DNA of 39,513 bases from a virus (taxonomy: Duplodnaviria; Caudoviricetes). The stretch's first letter is position 1; each line of letters starts with the position of its first letter. The position numbers and the translations under genes are program-made. The stretch is taken from positions 1-39,513 of IMG/VR virus record IMGVR_UViG_3300032305_000573. The stretch is one strand, 5' to 3'. Under the pieces are notes generated by a model that was not told the DNA's origin, did no database searches, and saw only the letters and a program-made list of their open reading frames with translations. Below, one piece after another: positions 24,672-34,370 of this stretch.

Positions 24672-25826
24672 ATGCCAAGCAACGCGCCTAAACCGCCAGA
24701 GGATCTTTCAACAGACGCTAATCAAAAAAAGATTAAGAATGCTGCTAAAAAACTACAGCAGGAAAAAGATGATCTTCTTTACAAGATTTCGAATCTTAAA
24801 AGAGAAATAGCTAGAGCATCTGAACCTAAGGGAACCTCGTCTTCTTCATATAATACCTACCAACAGAATCTAACAGCATCTGAAAAATATGCTATAAGTA
24901 TTGTTAAACGGGATAAAGAATATGAGATTGCTGCTTTAGAAGAAAAGATTCAAGCTTTAGATGAAAGTCTAGCTGACCCTCAAAAAGCTTTTGAATATGA
25001 ACAGTCTGGCAAGGATAGATACGGAAAGTTTAAAGTATCTAAAGAAGCACCATACCTTACCGAAGATGTAAAGCAACAGTTCGTTGCTGCTGGAATTGCA
25101 ATTGGTGATGACTCTGCTTGGTATAATGGTGGATTGGGAAATGTTTCCTCCGTATATATGGGCCCAGGAAAAACTATCGAGACAAAAAGAAAAGGCACCA
25201 AGGGTGTCGGCTACCGCAAATTGGTAGAACAGACAGATGATGTTGGATACAAAGCTAATATCCAAAGAGAGTTCTGGACTAACGATAGTATTAAAAATCA
25301 AATCATGGGTGCTTATGCTTCAGTTGGAAAAACCCTAACTCAATGGGATGCCTCACAACTATGGGACCAATATGTTGAAAGAGCAGCTATAGTTTATCAA
25401 GGCGGTAAGGGCAAGAAGTTAACACCTTATGACTTGATGCAAGATGACCTAGCTAACATGAGAAAGAATGCAGCTCCCAAGGATACACTAACAAAGACAA
25501 AGTTAGACTATGCTGAAGTTCGCGACCTGCTAAGAGAAGTAGCTTTAAATACATCTGGGTTTGTTCCTGGAGAAAAAGTATTGAAGAAAGCATTTGAAGA
25601 TTTCGAGAAGAAAAATCGTGGTGTTTACAGCCAGAACTCATTAGTTAACGCGCCTGGCGGCAAGGCTATAGATAAGAGTGTTGTTGATAGAGGTCTTACT
25701 AATGCTGAAATCAAGCGACAATTCGAACAGCAAATGGAAAAGAAGAATCCTTTAGAAACAGAACGTCAGAATAATCTTGACTTTAATAATGCTTTAATGA
25801 GGAAGATTGGTGGAGGTGCTATATAA
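24672..25826 (+). CDS. Hypothetical protein, putative internal virion protein
   Basis: 384 aa; coiled-coil N-terminus; coupled. Confidence 0.55.
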   Translation: MPSNAPKPPEDLSTDANQKKIKNAAKKLQQEKDDLLYKISNLKREIARASEPKGTSSSSYNTYQQNLTASEKYAISIVKRDKEYEIAALEEKIQALDESLADPQKAFEYEQSGKDRYGKFKVSKEAPYLTEDVKQQFVAAGIAIGDDSAWYNGGLGNVSSVYMGPGKTIETKRKGTKGVGYRKLVEQTDDVGYKANIQREFWTNDSIKNQIMGAYASVGKTLTQWDASQLWDQYVERAAIVYQGGKGKKLTPYDLMQDDLANMRKNAAPKDTLTKTKLDYAEVRDLLREVALNTSGFVPGEKVLKKAFEDFEKKNRGVYSQNSLVNAPGGKAIDKSVVDRGLTNAEIKRQFEQQMEKKNPLETERQNNLDFNNALMRKIGGGAI

Positions 25827-26734
25827 TGGCTGAGCCAACTACTAAGGTAGACAAGGGAAACCAAGGGTATTTTTCTGACCCTCAAGTAATAGCTCAAATC
25901 AATATGATTAAAGCTATGAGAAGCCTTGACCCTAAACTGGAAGAAGCATATCAAGCTTTTATCGCTGACGATATTGGTGGCTTTAATGCTGCTATTGAAA
26001 CCAGTGATTTCTTTAAGAACAATCTAGAAACTGCACGTGTTCGCAAGACTGCACAGATTAATCAACCTGGTGCTTTCGACCAAGACTTTCAAAACTTTGC
26101 ATCACAAGTAAAGACAGCATTATCTGATATCCAATGGACACCAGAAGTTGAAGCGCAAGTTAAGTTATCATTCCTATCTGGTTCTAATATCTATGACACA
26201 AAAGCTAATATATTAAAAGCTGATGCAATAGGAAAGATAGAGCTTGGCGAACTTGGTGGCACAAGCCTAGGCAATATTGCAACTTTGCAGGCATATGCAA
26301 ATCAATACTGGGTGGATGGATTGCTAAGTTCTTCATACTGGGATACCAAGCAAAAGGCTTTGTTTGCTGGAGATATAACCGTTGAAAGTATACAAAAAGA
26401 GATAAGAGATCTTTCTAGTTCATACTATCCAGCCTATGCTGACCAAATTAAAGTTAATAGTTCTATGGACGCCAATGGTTCTGACGCTATCAAAGGTGTG
26501 GCCAACTGGCTAGAGGTAGACGAGAATGTAGCAAGGACTAAGTATAGCTCACTTGTCAATAAACTTACTCAGTATATAGATCCAGCTACAGGCAAGCCAG
26601 GAGTTATGCCAGGTTGGATGAAAGAAAAGCTCATCAAGTCTGACCCTGACTGGGGCAAGACTAAGAACGGCACAGAAACCATAAACAAACTTATGAATAC
26701 AGTAGCAAATGACTTCTTTGGGGGCATCGTCTAA
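25826..26734 (+). CDS. Hypothetical protein, putative internal virion protein
   Basis: 302 aa; TAATG coupling. Confidence 0.55.
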   Translation: MAEPTTKVDKGNQGYFSDPQVIAQINMIKAMRSLDPKLEEAYQAFIADDIGGFNAAIETSDFFKNNLETARVRKTAQINQPGAFDQDFQNFASQVKTALSDIQWTPEVEAQVKLSFLSGSNIYDTKANILKADAIGKIELGELGGTSLGNIATLQAYANQYWVDGLLSSSYWDTKQKALFAGDITVESIQKEIRDLSSSYYPAYADQIKVNSSMDANGSDAIKGVANWLEVDENVARTKYSSLVNKLTQYIDPATGKPGVMPGWMKEKLIKSDPDWGKTKNGTETINKLMNTVANDFFGGIV

Positions 26735-27903
26735 TGGCAATAGAAGATCAATATGCTGGTCGTGGATTAACTGCAGCCGAGCAAAGAATTTTTAATCAAA
26801 CACAGGCAACAGTTTCTGAACCAATTCCACAAACTGAAGAAGAAATATTAAATCAAGAGTTTGTTAAAATGGCGGAAGAAGAAGCACAAGTTGAAGCCGC
26901 AATGGATGAACTTAATAGACTTAATATTGAAGCAATAAATGCAAAAAATGAAACAGAAAGATTACGTCTTCTAGCAGAATCAAATGCATTAAGAATTCAA
27001 TTGCAAGCAGCTCAAGCAGCCTTAGGGGCAAATATTAAAACTTCAACCGCTACTGCGGCTGATGAATTAAAATCTACCAATGCAGCTAGAGATGTTATGG
27101 CAGCACTTACAGCCAAGTTCACATCATATGGGCTTGCTGGCTTAATTCCTAAGATTAAAGAACTAGCTATCAGCGGTGTTGGAGAAGAAACAATCAAGGC
27201 TGAGTTGGCTAATACAGAAGAATATAAACTGAGATTCTCTGCCAACCAAGATAGACTTAAAAAGAATTTATCTGTTCTTACCCCTACCGAGTATCTAGCA
27301 GTTGAAGATGCGTATCGTCAGACTCTCAGAGCATACGGACTTACACAGTTCGACAACGATGCTTACGTTAAACAGTTTATTGCTAATGACGTATCTCCTA
27401 CAGAACTATCTAACCGAGTAGTAACGGCAGTGCAGAGGGTTCGTAATGCTGACCCAGCAATTCAAGCACAACTTAAAGATTACTATGGCATAGGTGATAC
27501 TGACCTAGTAGCATACGTATTAGATCCAGCACAACAGTTCCAGAAGATTCAACGTCAAGTTGCTGCTGCTGAAATTGGTGTAGCAGCTGGACGTCAAGGA
27601 CTACAAGCTGGTGTTAACGTAGCTGAACAACTAGCAGCACAGGGAATTACGCAGGCTGAGGCTCAAAAGGGATATGCTACTATAGCTGACATTCTACCTA
27701 CAGCTGAAAAGCTAAGTAGTATTTATGGAACAACATTAGAGGGTTACGACCAATCTAAAGCAGAGCAAGAAGTATTTAATTCTCTTGCATCTGCACAACG
27801 TGCTCGTGAAAAATTAAAGTCTAGAGAGATTGCACAATTTACTGGTTCATCTGGTATGAGCAAGGCATCGTTGTCTGCACCAAAGACAGCGGGACAAATA
27901 TAG
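26734..27903 (+). CDS. Hypothetical protein, putative internal virion protein
   Basis: 389 aa; Ala/Gln-rich helical. Confidence 0.55.
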   Translation: MAIEDQYAGRGLTAAEQRIFNQTQATVSEPIPQTEEEILNQEFVKMAEEEAQVEAAMDELNRLNIEAINAKNETERLRLLAESNALRIQLQAAQAALGANIKTSTATAADELKSTNAARDVMAALTAKFTSYGLAGLIPKIKELAISGVGEETIKAELANTEEYKLRFSANQDRLKKNLSVLTPTEYLAVEDAYRQTLRAYGLTQFDNDAYVKQFIANDVSPTELSNRVVTAVQRVRNADPAIQAQLKDYYGIGDTDLVAYVLDPAQQFQKIQRQVAAAEIGVAAGRQGLQAGVNVAEQLAAQGITQAEAQKGYATIADILPTAEKLSSIYGTTLEGYDQSKAEQEVFNSLASAQRAREKLKSREIAQFTGSSGMSKASLSAPKTAGQI

Positions 27904-27906
27904 AAT

Positions 27907-27991
27907 CCTGACACAGATCCATCGGCCCTGTGCAGCGTATAAGACCGAAAGTAGGAGCCAGCCAGTTTCCCCGAACTGAACTGAGGCCTGC
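27907..27991 (+). ncRNA. Structured leader candidate upstream of the scaffold gene
   Basis: Two adjacent hairpins plus a loop-to-linker pairing (UCGG/CCGA). Confidence 0.4.
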
Positions 27992-28021
27992 GACTAACAA
28001 CGAATAGAAGGGTGGGTTGCT

Positions 28022-28498
28022 ATGAGCAACAACTACTGGGATGAAGACGAAGACGACTTAGATACAGAGTCGGACACACAACTGGATGGCAGTGACTTAC
28101 TTAAAAAGTTACGCAAAGCCAAGCGTGCAGATGAAAAGCGTATCAAAGAACTCACTGAGCAACTTGAGGGTTTTTCCAAGGAGCAGCGTGAGCGGACCGT
28201 CAAAGAAGTCCTAGAAAAAAAGGGTGTAAATCCTAAGGCAGTTAGACTAATCCTTAAAGACTTAGATACTGTTAACGAAGAATCAGTTAATAACTGGCTC
28301 GATGATAATGGAGATTTGTTTGGATTAACTCAATCACAGGAAGCATCTAAGGTAAGTGACGATGACCGTGCTGCATTACGTCAGCAGGACGTTGTCACAC
28401 AAGGTGCCCTTACACCTGACAAAGCGGAAGATTTAAATACAAGACTCAATAATGCTGAATCAGCAGAAGAGATTTTATCACTCCTTCGCTCACAATAA
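28022..28498 (+). CDS. Capsid scaffolding protein
   Basis: Acidic N-terminus and coiled coil, directly upstream of the major capsid gene. Confidence 0.75.
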   Translation: MSNNYWDEDEDDLDTESDTQLDGSDLLKKLRKAKRADEKRIKELTEQLEGFSKEQRERTVKEVLEKKGVNPKAVRLILKDLDTVNEESVNNWLDDNGDLFGLTQSQEASKVSDDDRAALRQQDVVTQGALTPDKAEDLNTRLNNAESAEEILSLLRSQ

Positions 28499-28537
28499 TA
28501 ATCATAGTTAAACTTAAATCACCTTGGAGGTGACGCA

Positions 28538-29494
28538 ATGGCTACAGTAAACTACACAACAACAGGTTCTTCTTCTCTAGGAGGAACTGCTGGTGCTGCT
28601 GGTTTAGTCCAGAAGGCGTATGACCGTCTTCTAGAATTCGCTTTGCGCTCAGAACCCCTAATTCGTTCTGTCGCAGATAAGCGCCCAACTAACCAATCTA
28701 CACCTGGTTCAACAGTCGTTCTACAACGCTATGTTGACCTATCAACTGCAACAACAGCATTAACTGAAAATGATGATGTTGACGCAGTCGCAATGTCTAC
28801 ACCAACATCAGTAACCATTACTCTTGCAGAGTATGGTAACTCAGTTCTTGTTACACGTGCGTTGGAACTCTTCAGCCTTGCTGATGTAGACCCAGCAATC
28901 GCTAACATTATTGCATTCAACCTAGCAGATTCTATTGACTCAGTAGCGATGACCGAACTTCGCCAAGGCTCAAACGTAATCTACTCAGGTTCAACAGCAA
29001 CATCAACAGCAACAATCACTGCTGCTGCAACAATCTCTTCTGCAAACATCCGTAAGGCTGTTGCGAAGTTACGTGCTAACAAGTCAGTTGCTCGCAAGGG
29101 CAGCCTATACTGGGCTGGTATCCACCCAGAAGTTTCACACGACCTTCGTGCTGAGACAGGCTCTTCTGGCTGGTTGCTTCCAAACCAATATGGTTCTGCA
29201 CAAGACCGCATCTGGGCTGGAGAAATCGGACAATACGAAGGTGCATACTTCGTAGAATCTGCTCGTCTTTACAATACTACTGACGGTTCATCATCTGCAC
29301 GCGTTTACCGCACAATTCTTGCTGGACAGCAAGCATTGGCTGAAGCAGTTGCTGAAGAGCCACACGTAGTTATCGGACCAGTCGTTGACCGCTTGATGCG
29401 TCATCGTCCAATGGGTTGGTATGGAGTTCTAGGCTTTAAGCGTTACCGCGAAGAAGCACTATACCGTATTGAATCAGGTTCATCAATCGCATAG
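28538..29494 (+). CDS. Major capsid protein
   Basis: 318 aa; GGAGG RBS; strongly biased codons; VTITLAEYGN, IHPEVSHDLR, GEIGQYEG motifs. Confidence 0.9.
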   Translation: MATVNYTTTGSSSLGGTAGAAGLVQKAYDRLLEFALRSEPLIRSVADKRPTNQSTPGSTVVLQRYVDLSTATTALTENDDVDAVAMSTPTSVTITLAEYGNSVLVTRALELFSLADVDPAIANIIAFNLADSIDSVAMTELRQGSNVIYSGSTATSTATITAAATISSANIRKAVAKLRANKSVARKGSLYWAGIHPEVSHDLRAETGSSGWLLPNQYGSAQDRIWAGEIGQYEGAYFVESARLYNTTDGSSSARVYRTILAGQQALAEAVAEEPHVVIGPVVDRLMRHRPMGWYGVLGFKRYREEALYRIESGSSIA

Positions 29495-29567
29495 TTGATT
29501 GAAGGTTGAGCAGTAAGAACGGCGAACACGGCTTACTGCTTAACATTGAGTCCACTAAGGAGAACTA

Positions 29568-29837
29568 ATGGCAGATTTTATTTTTACCACACCGAGTGTC
29601 CAAGAAGGACCTGCAGGTAAACATCGTTTATTTTATTTTTATAAAAGAAATGTTGGAGTTTCTGTAGTAAAACAAAATGGTTCATATAGGACTAGTCGTT
29701 ATCCATTAGACCCAAGCGTAGAAACATATGAAGAGTTTTATATTGGTGGTCACAAGCACATAGTTAATGACGCTACTAAAGCAGCATTGATTGCTGCTGG
29801 CATAGGAATAACAGAAGCAAACTTCGCAGCCGCATAA
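29568..29837 (+). CDS. Hypothetical protein
   Basis: 89 aa; AAGGAG RBS. Confidence 0.7.
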   Translation: MADFIFTTPSVQEGPAGKHRLFYFYKRNVGVSVVKQNGSYRTSRYPLDPSVETYEEFYIGGHKHIVNDATKAALIAAGIGITEANFAAA

Positions 29838-29845
29838 GGGGACAA

Positions 29846-30307
29846 ATGGGATACGATTGCAAAACAAGAGGGCACATAGGCAAGGTATTGAAAACAGATT
29901 ACTGGGTGGAAGAAGGACAGTTTAAAGAAAATGTGTCCTTATGGGGTTGCACTAACTGTGAGGAAACATCCTCCACTGTATGGGAAGGCTACGGCCAATA
30001 CACTATACAGGTAGAAGATTGCACTGAAGATTGCAATTGCTTTGGCTGTAAAGTTAAAACATTGCAGATGAATGCAGGAGATGCAACAAGAGATATTCCA
30101 GATAAGAAATGGAATGCTGAATTGCAAGCCTATAGAGACGCTAGGTCTCAGGGTATGCAACCAGCGGGAACGTCAATGAGACATATCAAGGAAGCACACG
30201 ATGCTTCTGAGACCTTGAACAAGGCCTATAACTCAGAGACTATGCCTAAAGCAAAAGATATAAATAAAAAATCCGCAGAAGTTCTCAAAGAGATAGGACA
30301 AATATAA
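29846..30307 (+). CDS. Hypothetical Cys-containing protein
   Basis: CTNC and CNCFGC motifs. Confidence 0.65.
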   Translation: MGYDCKTRGHIGKVLKTDYWVEEGQFKENVSLWGCTNCEETSSTVWEGYGQYTIQVEDCTEDCNCFGCKVKTLQMNAGDATRDIPDKKWNAELQAYRDARSQGMQPAGTSMRHIKEAHDASETLNKAYNSETMPKAKDINKKSAEVLKEIGQI

Positions 30308-30444
30308 TGCCAAAAGTAGGAATGAAAGAATTCGCATACACACCAAAGGGTATGGCAATGGCAAAGATGGAAGCCAAGAAGACAGGCAAGCCAATGAAGA
30401 AGGCTGTTAAAAAGACAATGAAGAAGATGGGCAAGAAGAAGTAA
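30307..30444 (+). CDS. 45-aa Lys/Met-rich basic protein (not in the ORF track)
   Basis: MPKVGMKEFAYTPKGMAMAKMEAKKTGKPMKKAVKKTMKKMGKKK; TAATG coupling at both ends. Confidence 0.8.
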   Translation: MPKVGMKEFAYTPKGMAMAKMEAKKTGKPMKKAVKKTMKKMGKKK

Positions 30445-30617
30445 TGAAATCAAAACCAAGTTGGATGCAAGCAGTGCCACAACTTAAAGTTGGCAAGACT
30501 GTGATATCACCTTTGCAATCTACACTTAGTAAATCTGAAAAAGATTTTCTTGCAGGGCAGAAATATAAAGAAGCCATTGTTAAGAAGACTGGCGTATACC
30601 CAAATACGGCTCAATAA
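30444..30617 (+). CDS. 57-aa basic protein (not in the ORF track)
   Basis: MKSKPSWMQAVPQLKVGK...GVYPNTAQ; TAATG coupling at both ends. Confidence 0.75.
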   Translation: MKSKPSWMQAVPQLKVGKTVISPLQSTLSKSEKDFLAGQKYKEAIVKKTGVYPNTAQ

Positions 30618-30874
30618 TGTCAGACCCAAGATTAAAACGAGCAGGGGTGTCAGGGTTTAATAAGCCTAAGCGCACCCCTAATCACCCTGAAAAATCACAC
30701 GTTGTTGTGGCTAAAGTCGGAGACAAAGTAAAGACCATCCGCTTCGGGCAACAAGGCGTAACTGGTGACAAGAAGCCAACTGCTAGACAGGCTTCATTCA
30801 AAGCACGTCACGCAAAGAACATTGCCAAGGGCAAAATGTCTGCAGCATATTGGGCGGATAAAGTAAAGTGGTAG
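30617..30874 (+). CDS. Small basic phage protein
   Basis: KSHVVVAK, KTIRFGQQG, SFKARHA, SAAYWA. Confidence 0.75.
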   Translation: MSDPRLKRAGVSGFNKPKRTPNHPEKSHVVVAKVGDKVKTIRFGQQGVTGDKKPTARQASFKARHAKNIAKGKMSAAYWADKVKW

Positions 30875-31056
30875 CCAAGAAAAAAGCAAAGTCTAAAGTA
30901 AACGCTGCTGGCAATTACACCAAGCCAACTATGCGAGCATCTTTATTCAAGAAGATTAAGGCTGGTTCTAAGGGCGGAGACCCTGGAGAATGGTCTGCTC
31001 GTAAGGCTCAATTACTTGCTGTTGAATACAAGAAGGCAGGCGGAGGTTACAAGTAA
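30868..31056 (+). CDS. Small basic protein (resembles the N-half of DUF5872)
   Basis: NYTKP...GEWSARKAQ...YKKAGGGY. Confidence 0.7.
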   Translation: MVAKKKAKSKVNAAGNYTKPTMRASLFKKIKAGSKGGDPGEWSARKAQLLAVEYKKAGGGYK

Positions 31057-31292
31057 TGGCACTTGTTAAATCACAGCAGTCACTCAAGAAGTGGACTGCG
31101 CAGAAGTGGAAGACTTCTGACGGCAAGCCATCTAAAGGTAAGAAAAGATACCTACCTGAAAAGGCTTGGGCATCTTTAACACCTGCAGAAAAGGCAGCAA
31201 CTAATCGTGCTAAAGCAGCAGGTAATGCAAAAGGTAAGCAATTTGTAAAGCAACCTAAAGCAATCGCTAAAAAAACCGCAAAGAGTAGATAG
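31056..31292 (+). CDS. Small basic protein (resembles the C-half of DUF5872)
   Basis: QQSLKKWTAQKWKT...RYLPEKAW...GKQFV. Confidence 0.7.
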   Translation: MALVKSQQSLKKWTAQKWKTSDGKPSKGKKRYLPEKAWASLTPAEKAATNRAKAAGNAKGKQFVKQPKAIAKKTAKSR

Positions 31293-31306
31293 TAAAGGTG
31301 GGGACA

Positions 31307-32041
31307 ATGCAAGAATCAGTAGCAATCGCCTGGTGCGATAATGGTATGGTTGATGGCAAGTTTATGCAAGGTGTTACAGATGTATTACTAAAGTCTGGTA
31401 TTAAATTTAACGCCTCTCTAAGAAGCCAAGGCAACCAGATAGCAAGACAACGACAGACAGTAATTGAATACTGGTATGACAAGACTGATTACGAATGGCT
31501 ACTATGGGTAGATTCAGATGTAGTAATTAGCCCAGATACATTCAAGTTACTATGGGACAACAAGGATGCCAAAGAGCGTCCAATTGTTACTGGAATATAT
31601 TTTACTACAGATAACCCTGAAGAACCTTTGATGATTCCAATGCCTACAATCTTTAACTTTATAGTTGGGGATGAAGGTGGATTTGGGTTAACAAGAGTTC
31701 ACCCAATGCCAGTAAATAAACTAATCAAGGTTGATGCAGCAGGTATGGGATTTGTTCTTATGCACCGCAGTATTGTGCCAAAGATTCGTGAGGTAGCCCC
31801 AGAGGGTCAGATGTTTATGGAGATGGGACGTGGCACTAAGTTTATAGGTGAAGATATATTCTTCTTTGCCCTATGCGATAAAGCAGAGATTCCACTATAT
31901 GCTCATACTGGTGCATTGGCCCCACATATGAAGCGGTTCTCATTTGATGAACATTACTACAAGGCATTCTTTGGCAAGCCTAAAGAAGAACCTAAATCAA
32001 AACTTATTACTCCAGAAAAGAAAATCATTACACCTAGATAG
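31307..32041 (+). CDS. GT-A fold glycosyltransferase-like protein
   Basis: WLLWVDSD (DxD), AGMGFVLMHR, GEDIFF, H-x6-H. Confidence 0.8.
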   Translation: MQESVAIAWCDNGMVDGKFMQGVTDVLLKSGIKFNASLRSQGNQIARQRQTVIEYWYDKTDYEWLLWVDSDVVISPDTFKLLWDNKDAKERPIVTGIYFTTDNPEEPLMIPMPTIFNFIVGDEGGFGLTRVHPMPVNKLIKVDAAGMGFVLMHRSIVPKIREVAPEGQMFMEMGRGTKFIGEDIFFFALCDKAEIPLYAHTGALAPHMKRFSFDEHYYKAFFGKPKEEPKSKLITPEKKIITPR

Positions 32042-32049
32042 GACAACAA

Positions 32050-33120
32050 ATGGCACTAGGCAAAGCAGGAAGTAGCCTTACAGCAGAACTTAACCGTCTC
32101 GCTGGTATTACTGATGTAACAAAATACCTTGACGCGCAAGGCGCTGCTAACGCTTGGGCTGGAACTACTGGTATGCCAACTGTTGGTGCTTTGAATATTA
32201 AAGCATCATCATCTAGGACAAGAGATAAGTTTAAAGACATAGATGGTATTTGCAATGAACTTGCTGGAACAACTGGCTTAGCAGCCCCTGCTGCCTTGAG
32301 AACTATTGATGATGTTGTTTCTTTCTCTGTTAACTTTATGGTATTAGCAGGTGGTGGCGCAGGTGGTTCTGAAAGTTATGAATCTGCTGGTGGTGGTGCA
32401 GGAGGTTTGCGCTCAAGCATTGATGCTACTGGTGGTGGAGGAACTCTTGAATCTGCATTAGCACTTTCTCCGTCTACTAACTACTCAGTAACTATCGGCG
32501 CTGGCGCTGCTGTTGCCGCTGGAAGAGGGGCCAATGGTTCCAACTCTATATTCTCAACTATAACCTCACTTGGCGGAGGTGGCGGAGCACCAATTAACGC
32601 TGCTGGTTCTTCTGGTGGTTGTGGTGGTGGAGGTTCGCGTTCTGGCGGAACTGGTGGAGCAGGAACTGCTAACCAAGGTTATGCAGGAGGAACTGGTGCT
32701 CAGGCTGGTAATGGTGGGGGAACTGGTGGAGGTGGAGGAACTGGTGCTGTCGGTGGCAATGGTTCTGGAGCAACCCCTGGTAATGGTGGTAACGGTGTAA
32801 CAGTTCTAGGAACAGTTTACGGCGGTGGTGGCGGTGGTTCTGGTGACGCTGGAAATAGCCAAGGCGGAACTGGTGGTGGTGGTATAGGTGTTACTAGCGG
32901 CACAGGGGGAAGCGGAGTCGCAAACAGAGGCGGTGGCGGTGGCGGAAACAGAGAAGCCCAACCTGGTGGTTCAGGCGGTTCAGGTATTGTCATCCTTAAA
33001 TACCCTGATACAAAAACTATAACTATTGGTGCGGGACTAACAGGCTCTACACCAGCACCTTCAGGTGGATTTAAAACAACAACAATAACTTCAGGCACAG
33101 GAAATGTGAGTTGGTCATAA
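32050..33120 (+). CDS. Virion protein: helical N-domain fused to a glycine-rich domain
   Basis: About 88-aa Ala-rich N-domain, then VLAGGGAGG...GGSGIVILKYP. Confidence 0.75.
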   Translation: MALGKAGSSLTAELNRLAGITDVTKYLDAQGAANAWAGTTGMPTVGALNIKASSSRTRDKFKDIDGICNELAGTTGLAAPAALRTIDDVVSFSVNFMVLAGGGAGGSESYESAGGGAGGLRSSIDATGGGGTLESALALSPSTNYSVTIGAGAAVAAGRGANGSNSIFSTITSLGGGGGAPINAAGSSGGCGGGGSRSGGTGGAGTANQGYAGGTGAQAGNGGGTGGGGGTGAVGGNGSGATPGNGGNGVTVLGTVYGGGGGGSGDAGNSQGGTGGGGIGVTSGTGGSGVANRGGGGGGNREAQPGGSGGSGIVILKYPDTKTITIGAGLTGSTPAPSGGFKTTTITSGTGNVSWS

Positions 33121-33440
33121 TGGCGCATTATGCATTCTTAGATGAAAACAATACAGTAACCGAGGTAATCGTCGGTATAGATGAAACAGAACTCATTGAG
33201 GGTTTAGCCCCTGAGACTTGGTATGGCAACTTCAGAGGTCAGACTTGCAAGCGGACTTCATACAACGCTGCAACCAATGGCTTTAGAAAAAACTATGCTG
33301 GCATAGGCTTTGAATATGATTCATACCGTGACGCATTCATTGCACCTAAGCCAACTTGCCACCCTGAAAAAGTTTTATTCAATGAGGAACTTTGCACCTG
33401 GTCTTGCTTAGATGATTCACACAAGATAATTAAGGGGTAG
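33120..33440 (+). CDS. Hypothetical protein coupled to the glycine-rich gene
   Basis: MAHYAFLDENNTV...RKNYAGIG...DAFIAPKP; ATG at 33120. Confidence 0.7.
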   Translation: MAHYAFLDENNTVTEVIVGIDETELIEGLAPETWYGNFRGQTCKRTSYNAATNGFRKNYAGIGFEYDSYRDAFIAPKPTCHPEKVLFNEELCTWSCLDDSHKIIKG

Positions 33441-33442
33441 TA

Positions 33443-34363
33443 ATGACAACCACATTAACTGACATTATCAATGAGGTTCAACTCAACCTTTCAGGTTACA
33501 CCTTTAATCAGGATAGAGCCACTTACTTAAGAACTGCTGTTAGCACAACTACATCATCTAGTGCCTCACCTACAATATTGGACTTAGGTTCTACTGAAAA
33601 TATTGGTAAGGGTATAGTAGAAGTTAATGAAGAGTTAATGTGGATTGATTCATTTGACCGTATCTCTAACACAGCAACTGTGTCACCTTGGGGTAGAGGA
33701 TATCTAGGAACTACGGCAGCGACTCACGCGCTAGATTCTAAGGTCACTATCTCGCCTACATTCCCACGCTATGTAATCAAGAAAGCAATCAACGATACTA
33801 TTCGTGCAGTTGGTTCTTCTATCTTTGCTGCTAAGACAACTACCTTCACCTTCAATGCAGCACAAACAACTTATGATTTTAACGATTTAAATATTCAAAA
33901 CATTTTAACAATTATGTGGCAATCAGTTGGTCCTTCTCTAGAATGGATTCCTGTTCGCCGTTGGTCTTGGGATTCAGTAGCCTCTACTGCCGCCTTCGGC
34001 GCAAATGCCCAGACAGTAACTATTGGTGATTACATCACCCCTGGCAGAACTGTAAAGATTATTTATGCTACAGACCCAGAAGCATTTACAACTAATAGCC
34101 AAGACTTTTCAACACAAACTGGTCTCCCAGAATCTTGCAAGGATGTAGTTACTTTGGGTTCTGCATATCGCCTACTTACCTACCTTGACCCAGCACGTGC
34201 TTCTCAAGTTAGCCCACAGGCTGATGAGACAGATGCTAAGCGTCCATACGGTTCATCTCAATCTGCTACTAAGCAACTTTACGCTCTATATACACAACGC
34301 TTAAACGAAGAAACACAAAGACAACAAACGCTCTATCCAATCCGCGTCCACTACAGCCGATAG
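33443..34363 (+). CDS. Putative head-tail adaptor / tail tubular protein A-like
   Basis: MTTTLTDIINEV N-helix, AINDTIR, LPESCKDVVTLG pattern. Positional inference. Confidence 0.55.
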   Translation: MTTTLTDIINEVQLNLSGYTFNQDRATYLRTAVSTTTSSSASPTILDLGSTENIGKGIVEVNEELMWIDSFDRISNTATVSPWGRGYLGTTAATHALDSKVTISPTFPRYVIKKAINDTIRAVGSSIFAAKTTTFTFNAAQTTYDFNDLNIQNILTIMWQSVGPSLEWIPVRRWSWDSVASTAAFGANAQTVTIGDYITPGRTVKIIYATDPEAFTTNSQDFSTQTGLPESCKDVVTLGSAYRLLTYLDPARASQVSPQADETDAKRPYGSSQSATKQLYALYTQRLNEETQRQQTLYPIRVHYSR

Positions 34364-34370
34364 GTAAAAA

